Assembly: GCA_964016885.1 (NCBI GenBank)
Contig: OZ024741.1
Span: forward strand, 256,928,001 to 256,992,000
DNA from: Eledone cirrhosa
Taxonomy: Eukaryota
Length of the DNA stretch: 64,000 nt
Direction of reading: 5' to 3'
Under the pieces are notes generated by a model. The model was not told the DNA's origin, searched no databases, and saw only the letters and a list, made by a program, of their open reading frames with translations. Below are positions 53,823 to 63,029 of the stretch, piece by piece. Each line of letters opens with the position of its first letter. Position 1 is the stretch's first letter. The translations under genes and the position numbers were made by a program.

Positions 53823-56800
53823 GTTTCGCTTTACGAGTGTTTCGACTTACGAGTGTTTCGACTTACGAGTGTTTCGGCTTACGAGTGTTTTGACTTACGA
53901 GTGTTTTGACTTACATGTGTTTCGACTTACGCGTGTTTCGACTTATGAGTGTTCTGATTTACGGATGTTTCGACATACGAGTGTTTTGACTTACGGTGTT
54001 TCGACTTACGAGTGTTTCGACTTACGAGTGTTTCGGCTTACGAATGTTTCGACTTATGGGTGTTTCGACTTACGAGTGTTTTTACTTACGGTGTTTCGGC
54101 TTACGAGTGTTTCGACATACGAGTGTTTTGACTTACGGGTGTTTCGACTTACGAGTGTTTCGACTTACGAATGTTTTGACTTACGGGTGTTTCGGCTTAC
54201 GATTGTTTCGATTTATGAGTGTTTCGGCTTACGAGTGTTTCGACTTACTAATGTTTTTACTTACGAGTGTTTCGGCGTACGAGAGTTTTGACTTACGAGT
54301 GTTTCTACTTACGAGTGTTTCGACTTACGAGTGTTTTGACTTACGAATGTTTTGACTTACGGGTGTTTCGGCTTACGAGTGTTTCGACTTTCGAGTCTTT
54401 CGGCTTACGAGTGTTTCGACTTACTAATGTTTTTACTTACGAGTGTTTCGGCGTACGAGTGTTTCGACTTACGAGTGTTTCGACTTACGGGTGTTTTGAC
54501 TTACGGGTGTTTCGGCTTACGAGTGTTTCGACTTACGAGTGTTTTGACTTAAGGGTGTTTCGACTTACGAGTATTTTTGGCTTACGAGTGTTTCGACTTA
54601 CGAGTGTTTCGACTTACGAGTGTTCTAATTTACGGATGTTTCGACATACGAGTGTTTTGACTTACGAGTGTTTCGACTTATGAGTGTTTCGACTTACGAG
54701 TGTTTCGGCTTACGAGTGGTTTGACTTACGAGTGTTCTGACTACGAGTGATTTGACTTACGAGTGTTTCGGCTTATGAGTGTTTCGACTTACGAGTGTTT
54801 CGGCTTATGAGTGTTTCGACTTACGTGTGTTTCGGTTTACGAGTGTTTCGACTTACGAGTGTTTCGACTTACGGGTGTTTCGACTTACGAGTGTTTCGAC
54901 TACGAGTGTTTCGACTTACGAGTGTTTCGGCTTATGAGTGTTTCGACATACGGGTGTTTCGACTTACGATGTTTCGGCTTACGAGTGTTTCGACTTACGA
55001 GTATTCTGACTTACGGGTGTTTCGACTTACGGGTGTTTCGACTTAAGAGTGTTTCGACTTACGAGCGCTTCGACTTACGAGTGTTCTGACTTACGAGTGT
55101 TCCGACTTACGAGTGTTTCGGCTTACGAGTGTTTCGACTTACGAGTGTTCCGGCTTACGCGTGTTTCGACTTACGAGTGTTTCGGCTTATGAGTGTTTCG
55201 ACTTACGAGTGCTTCGGCTTACGAGTGTTTCGACTTACGAGTGTTTCGGCTTACGAGAGTTTCGACTTACGAATGTTTTGGCTTACGAGTGTTTCGGCTT
55301 ACGAGTGTTTCGACTTACGGGTGTTTCGACTTACGGGTGTTCCGACTTAAGAGTGATTCGACTTACGAGCGCTTCGACTTACGAGTGTTCCGACTTACGA
55401 GTGTTTCTGCTTACGAGTGTTTCGACTTACGAGTGTTTCGGCTTACAAGTGTTTCGGCTTACGAGTGGTTTGACTTACGAGTGTTCTGACTACGAGTGTT
55501 TCGACTTACGAGTGTTCCGGCTTACGCGTGTTTCGACTTACGAGTGTTTCGGCTTATGAGTGTTTCGACTCACGAGTGTTTCGGCTTACGAGTGTTTCGA
55601 CTTACGAGTGTTTCGACTTACGGGTGTTTCGACTTACGAGTGTTTCGACTACGAATGTTTCGACTTACGAGTGTTTCGGCTTACGAGTGTTTCGACTTAT
55701 GGGTGTTTCGACTTACGAGTGTTTTTACTTACGGTGTTTCGGCTTCCGAGTGTTTCGACATACGAGTGTTTTGACTTACGGGTGTTTCGACTTACGAATG
55801 TTTTGACTTACGGGTGTTTCGGCTTACGATTGTTTCGATTTATGAGTGTTTCGGCTTACGAGTGTTTCGACTTACTAATGTTTTTACTTACGAGTGTTTC
55901 GGCGTACGAGAGTTTTGACTTACGAGTGTTTCTACTTACGAGTGTTTCGACTTACGAGTGTTTTGACTTACGAATGTTTTGACTTACGGGTGTTTCGGCT
56001 TACGAGTGTTTCGACTTTCGAGTCTTTCGGCTTACGAGTGTTTCGACTTACTAATGTTTTTACTTACGAGTGTTTCGGCGTACGAGTGTTTCGACTTACG
56101 AGTGTTTCGACTTACGGGTGTTTTGACTTACGGGTGTTTCGACTTACGAGTGTTTCGACTACGAGTGTTTCGACTTACGAGTGTTTCGGCTTATGAGTGT
56201 TTCGACATACGGGTGTTTCGACTTACGATGTTTCGGCTTACGAGTGTTTCGACTTACGAGTATTCTGACTTACGGGTGTTTCGACTTACGGGTGTTTCGA
56301 CTTAAGAGTGTTTCGACTTACGAGCGCTTCGACTTACGAGTGTTCTGACTTACGAGTGTTCCGACTTACGAGTGTTTCGGCTTACGAGTGTTTCGACTTA
56401 CGAGTGTTCCGGCTTACGCGTGTTTCGACTTACGAGTGTTTCGGCTTATGAGTGTTTCGACTTACGAGTGCTTCGGCTTACGAGTGTTTCGACTTACGAG
56501 TGTTTCGGCTTACGAGAGTTTCGACTTACGAATGTTTTGGCTTACGAGTGTTTCGGCTTACGAGTGTTTCGACTTACGGGTGTTTCGACTTACGGATGTT
56601 CCGACTTAAGAGTGATTCGACTTACGAGCGCTTCGACTTACGAGTGTTCCGACTTACGAGTGTTTCTGCTTACGAGTGTTTCGACTTACGAGTGTTTCGG
56701 CTTACAAGTGTTTCGGCTTACGAGTGGTTTGACTTACGAGTGTTCTGACTACGAGTGTTTCGACTTACGAGTGTTCCGGCTTACGCGTGTTTCGACTTAC

Positions 56801-59800
56801 GAGTGTTTCGGCTTATGAGTGTTTCGACTCACGAGTGTTTCGGCTTACGAGTGTTTCGACTTACGAGTGTTTCGACTTACGGGTGTTTCGACTTACGAGT
56901 GTTTCGACTACGAATGTTTCGACTTACGAGTGTTTCGGCTTACGAGTGTTTCGACTTATGGGTGTTTCGACTTACGAGTGTTTTTACTTACGGTGTTTCG
57001 GCTTCCGAGTGTTTCGACATACGAGTGTTTTGACTTACGGGTGTTTCGACTTACGAATGTTTTGACTTACGGGTGTTTCGGCTTACGATTGTTTCGATTT
57101 ATGAGTGTTTCGGCTTACGAGTGTTTCGACTTACTAATGTTTTTACTTACGAGTGTTTCGGCGTACGAGAGTTTTGACTTACGAGTGTTTCTACTTACGA
57201 GTGTTTCGACTTACGAGTGTTTTGACTTACGAATGTTTTGACTTACGGGTGTTTCGGCTTACGAGTGTTTCGACTTTCGAGTCTTTCGGCTTACGAGTGT
57301 TTCGACTTACTAATGTTTTTACTTACGAGTGTTTCGGCGTACGAGTGTTTCGACTTACGAGTGTTTCGACTTACGGGTGTTTTGACTTACGGGTGTTTCG
57401 GCTTACGAGTGTTTCGACTTACGAGTGTTTTGACTTAAGGGTGTTTCGACTTACGAGTATTTTTGGCTTACGAGTGTTTCGACTTACGAGTGTTTTGACC
57501 TACGAGTGTTCTAATTTACGGATGTTTCGACATACGAGTGTTTTGACTTACGAGTGTTTCGACTTATGAGTGTTTCGACTTACGAGTGTTTCGGCTTACG
57601 AGTGGTTTGACTTACGAGTGTTCTGACTACGAGTGTTTTGACTTACGAGTGTTTCGGCTTATGAGTGTTTCGACTTACGTGTGTTTCGGTTTACGAGTGT
57701 TTCGACTTACGAGTGTTTCGACTTACGGGTGTTTCGACTTACGAGTGTTTCGACTACGAGTGTTTCGCATTACGAGTGTTTCGGCTTACGAGTGTTTCGA
57801 CATACGGGTGTTTCGACTTACGATGTTTCGGCTTACGAGTGTTTCGACTTACGAGTATTCTGACTTACGGGTGTTTCGACTTATGGGTGTTTCGACTTAA
57901 GAGTGTTTCGACTTACGAGCGCTTCGACTTACGAGTGTTCTGACTTACGAGTGTTCCGACTTACGAGTGTTTCGGCTTACGAGTGTTTCGACTTACGAGT
58001 GTTCCGGCTTACGCGTGTTTCGACTTACGAGTGTTTCGGCTTATGAGTGTTTCGACTTACGAGTGCTTCGGCTTACGAGTGTTTCGACTTACGAGTGTTT
58101 CGGCTTACGAGAGTTTCGACTTACGAATGTTTTGGCTTACGAGTGTTTCGGCTTACGAGTGTTTCGACTTACGGGTGTTTCGACTTACGGGTGTTCCGAC
58201 TTAAGAGTGATTCGACTTACGGGCGCTTCGACTTACGAGTGTTCCGACTTACGAGTGTTTCTGCTTACGAGTGTTTCGACTTACGAATGTTTCGACTTAC
58301 GAGTGTTTCGGCTTACGAGTGTTTCGACTTACTAATGTTTTTACTTACGAGTGTTTCGGCGTACGAGTGTTTCGACTTACGAGTGTTTCGGCTTACGAGT
58401 GTTTCGACTTACGAGTGTTTTTACTTAAGGGTGTTTCGACTTACGAGTATTTTTGGCTTACGAGTGTTTCGACTTACGAGTGTTTTGACTTACGAGTGTT
58501 CTGATTTACGAATGTTTCGACATACGAGTGTTTTGACTTACGGTGTTTCGACTTACGAGTGTTTCGACTTACGAGTGTTCTGACTTACGAGTGTTCTGAC
58601 TTACGAGTGTTCCGGCTTACGAGTTTTTCGACTTACGAGTGTTTCGACTTACGAGTGTTTCGACTTACGAGTGTTTCGGCTTACGAGTGGTTTGACTTAC
58701 GAGTGTTCTGATTTACGAATGTTTCGACATACGAGTGTTTTGACTTACGATGTTTCGACTTACGAGTGTTTCGACTTACGAGTGTTCTGACTTACGAGTG
58801 TTCTGACTTACGAGTGTTCCGGCTTACGAGTTTTTCGACTTACGAGTGTTTCGACTTACGAGTGTTTCGACTTACGAGTGTTTCGGCTTACGAGTGGTTT
58901 GACTTACGAGTGTTCTGACTACGAGTGTTCTGACTTACGAGTGTTTCGGCTTATGAGTGTTTCGACTTACGAGTGTTTCGGTTTATGAGTGTTTCGACTT
59001 ACGAGTGTTTCGGCTTACGAGTGTTTCGACTTACGAATGTTTCGACTTACGGGTGTTTCGACTTACGAGTGTTTCGTCTACGAGTGTTTCGACTTACGAG
59101 TGTTTCGGCTTACGAGTGTTTCGACATACGGGTGTTTCGACTTACGGTGTTTCGGCTTACGAGTGTTTCGACTTACGAGTGTTTTGACTTACGAGTGTTC
59201 TGACTTACGAGTGTTCCGACTTACGAGTGTTCCGACTTACGAGTGTTTCGGCTTACGAGTGTTTCGGCTTACGAGTGTTTCGGCTTACGAGTGTTTTGAC
59301 TTACGAGTGTTCTGACTACGAGTGTTCTGACTTACGGGTGTTCTGACTTACGGTGTTCCGACTTACGAGTGTTTCGGCTAATGAGTGTTTCGACTTACGG
59401 GCGTTTCGACTTACGGGTGTTTCGAATTACGAGTGTTTTGACTTACGAGTGTTCTGACTTACGAGTGTTTTGACTTACGAGTGTTCCGACTTACGAGTGT
59501 TTCGGCTTACGGGTGTTTCGACGTACGAGTATTTTTGGCTTACGAGTGTTTCGAGTTACGAGTGTTTTGAATTACGATTGTTTCGGCTTACGAGTGTTTC
59601 GACTTACGAGTATTTCGACTTACGAGTTTTTTTACTTACGGTGTTTCGGCTTACGAGTGTTTCGACTTACGAGTGTTTCGACTTACGGGTGTTTTGACAT
59701 ACGAGTGTTTCGATATGAGTGCTCTGACTTACGAGTGTTCTGACTTACGAGTGTTCTGACTTACGGGTGTTCTGACTTACGTGTGTTCCGACTTACGAGT

Positions 59801-61396
59801 GTTTCAGCTATGGGTGTTTCGACTTACGAGTGTTTCGACTTACGAATGTTTTGGCTTACGAGTGTTTCGGCTTATGGGTGTTTCGACTTACGAGTGTTTC
59901 GACTTACGAGTGTTTTGACTTACGGTGTTTCGGCTTACAAGTTATTCGACATACGAGTGTTTCGACTTACGGGTGTTTCGACTTACGGGTGTTTCGACTT
60001 ACGAGTGTTTCGACTTACGAGTGTTCTGACTTACGAGTGTTCTGACTTACGAGTGTTCTGACTTACGAGTGTTCCGACTTACGAGTGTTCCGACTTACGA
60101 GTGTTTTGACTTACGAGTGTTCTGACTTACGAGTGTTCTGACTTACGAGTGTTCCGACTTACGAGTGTTCCGACTTACGAGTGTTTCGGCTTACGAGTGT
60201 TTCGGCTTACTAATGTTTTTACTTACGAGTGTTTCGGTGTACGAGTGTTTCGACTTAAGGATGTTTCGACTTACGAGTGTTTCGACTTACGAGTGTTTCG
60301 ACTTACGAGTGTTTTGGCTTACGAATGTTTTTACTTACGGGTGTTTCGACTTACGGGTGTTTCGGCTTACGAGTGTTTCGACTTACGAGTGTTTTGACTT
60401 ACGAGTGTTCTGACTTACGAGTGTTCCGACTTACGAGTGTTCCGACTTACGAGTGTTTCGGCTTACGAGTGTTTCGGCTTACGAGTGTTTCGGCTTACGA
60501 GTGTTTTGACTTACGAGTGTTCTGACTACGAGTGTTCTGACTTACGGGTGTTCTGACTTACGAGTGTTCCGACTTACGAGTGTTTCGGCTAATGAGTGTT
60601 TCGACTTACGGGCGTTTCGACTTACGGGTGTTTCGACTTACGAGTGTTTTGACTTATGAGTGTTCAGACTTACGAGTGTTCTGACTTACGAGTGTTCCGA
60701 CTTACGACTGTTTCGACTTACGAGTGTTTTGACTTACGAGTGTTCCGACTTACGATTGTTTCGGCTTACGGGTGTTTCGACGTACGAGTATTTTTGGCTT
60801 ACGAGTGTTTCGACTTACGAGTGTTTTGAATTACGATTGTTTCGGCTTACGAGTGTTTCGACTTACGAGTATTTCGACGTACGAGTTTTTTTTCCTTACG
60901 GTGTTTCGGCTTACGAGTGTTTCGACTTATGAGTGTTTCGACTTACGAGTGTTCTGACTTACGAGTGTTCTGACTTGCGAGTGTTCCGACTTACGAGTGT
61001 TTCGGCTTACGAGTGTTTCGACATACGAGTGTTTTGACTTACGGATGTTTCGACTTACGGGTGTTTCGACTTACGAGTGTTTCGACTTACGAGTGTTCTG
61101 ACTACGAGTGTTCTGACTTACGGGTGTTTCGACTTACGAGTGTTCCGACCTACGAGGGTTTCAGCTTACGGGTGTTCCGGCTTATGAGTATTTTCGGCTT
61201 ACGTGTGTTTCGACTTACGAGTGTTTTGACTTACGATTGTTTCGGCTTACGAGTGTTTCGACTTACGAGTGTTTCTACTTACGAGTGTTTTGACTTACGA
61301 TTGTTTCGGCTTACGAGTGTTTCGACTTACGAGTGTTCTGACTTACGAGTGTTCTGACTTACGAGTGTTCTGACTTACGAGTGTTTCGACTTACGA

Positions 61397-61465
61397 AAAT
61401 AACAAATAGACGCGGTTTCAAATCTGTATGCTTTTCAAGTTCATTACATTAATCTTTATTTATAC
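61397..61465. repeat. 69-bp AT-rich interruption, haplotype A (copy 14)
   Basis: Same sequence as 7081-7149; followed by a ~431-bp deletion relative to the 24057 copy. Confidence 0.97.
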
Positions 61466-62960
61466 GTTTCGCTTTACGAATGTTTCGACTTATGGGCGTT
61501 TCGACTTACGAGTGTTTTTACTTACGGTGTTTCGGCTTACGAGTGCTTCGACATACGAGTGTTTTGACTTACGTGTGTTTCGACTTACGAGTGTTTTGAC
61601 TTACGAATGTTTTGACTTACGAGTGTTTCGGCGTACGAGAGTTTTGACTTACGAGTGTTTCTACTTACGAGTGTTTCGACTTACGAGTGTATTGACTTAC
61701 GAATGTTTTGACTTACGGGTGTTTCGGCTTACGAGTGTTTCGACTTACGAGTCTTTCGGCTTACGAGTGTTTCGACTTACTAATGTTTTTACTTACGAGT
61801 GTTTCGGCGTACGAGTGTTTCGACTTACGAGTGTTTCGGCTTACGAGTGTTTCGACTTACTAATGTTTTTACTTACGAGTGTTTCGGCGTACGAGTGTTT
61901 CGACTTACGAGTGTTTTTACTTAAGGGTGTTTCGACTTACGTGTATTTTTGGCTTACGAGTGTTTCGACTTACGAGTGTTTTGACTTACGAGTGTTCTGA
62001 TTTACGGATGTTTCGACATACGAGTGTTTTGACTTACGATGTTTCGACTTACGAGTGTTTCGACTTACGAGTGTTTCGACTTACGGGTGTTTCGACTTAC
62101 GAGTGTTTCAACTTACGAGTGTTTCGACTTACGAATGTTTCGACTTACGGGTGTTTCGGCTTACGAGTGTTTCGACTTACGAGTGTTCTGACTTACGAGT
62201 GTTCTGACTTACGAGTGTTCCGGCTTACGAGTTTTTCGACTTACGAGTGTTTCGACTTACGAGTGTTTCGACTTACGAGTGTTTCGGCTTACGAGTGGTT
62301 TGACTTACGAGTGTTCTTACTACGAGTGTTCTGACTTACGAATGTTTCGGCTTATGAGTGTTTCGACTTACGAGTGTTTCGGTTTATGAGTGTTTCGACT
62401 TACGAGTGTTTCGGCTTACGAGTGTTTGGACTTACCAGTGTTTCGACTTACGGGTGTTTCGACTTACGAGTGTTTCGTCTACGAGTGTTTCGGCTTACGA
62501 GTGTTTCGACATACGGGTGTTTCGACTTACGGTGTTTCGGCTTACGAGTGTTTCGACTTACGAGTGTTCTGACTTACGAGTGTTCTGACTTATGAGTGTT
62601 CTGACTTACGAGTGTTCCGACTTACGAGTGTTTCGGCTTACGAGTGTTTCGACTTACGAGTGTTTCGACTTACGAGTGTTTCGACTTATGAGTGTTTTGA
62701 CTTACGGTGTTTCGGCTTACGAGTGTTTCGACTTACGAGTGTTTTGACTTACTGGTGTTTTGACATACGAGTGTTTCGATACGAGTGTTTCGACTTACGA
62801 GTGTTCTGACTTACGAGTGTTCTGACTTACGAGTGTTCTGACTTACGAGTGTTCTAACTTACGAGTGTTCTGACTTACGAGTGTTCTGACTTACGAGTGT
62901 TCCGACTTACGAGTGTTTCGGCTCACGAGTGTTTCGGCTTACGAGTGTTTCGACTTACGA

Positions 62961-63029
62961 AAATAACAAATAGACGCGGTTTCAAATCCCTATGCTTTTC
63001 AAATTCAGTACATTAATCTTTATTCATAC
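62961..63029. repeat. 69-bp AT-rich interruption, intermediate haplotype C (copy 15)
   Basis: A-type start (aaataac), B-type body (aaattcagtac, ttcatac) and a private change (aatccctatg). Confidence 0.95.

Larger units (their letters stand above)
43200..54180. repeat. Long-range copy of ~14.0-26.5 kb, with an internal ~1532-bp deletion at ~48.6 kb
   Basis: Offsets of 29218/29234 (14087/43305, 16014/45248, 18969/48203) switch to 27702 (21076/48778, 24507/52209, 26083/53785). Private variants are shared between the copies. Confidence 0.85.

Noticed and set aside
7081-63029. CRISPR-like repeat/spacer organisation
   Set aside because: There are no unique spacers. The monomers are contiguous, the 69-bp interruptions are near-identical and kb apart, and no cas genes or leader are present.
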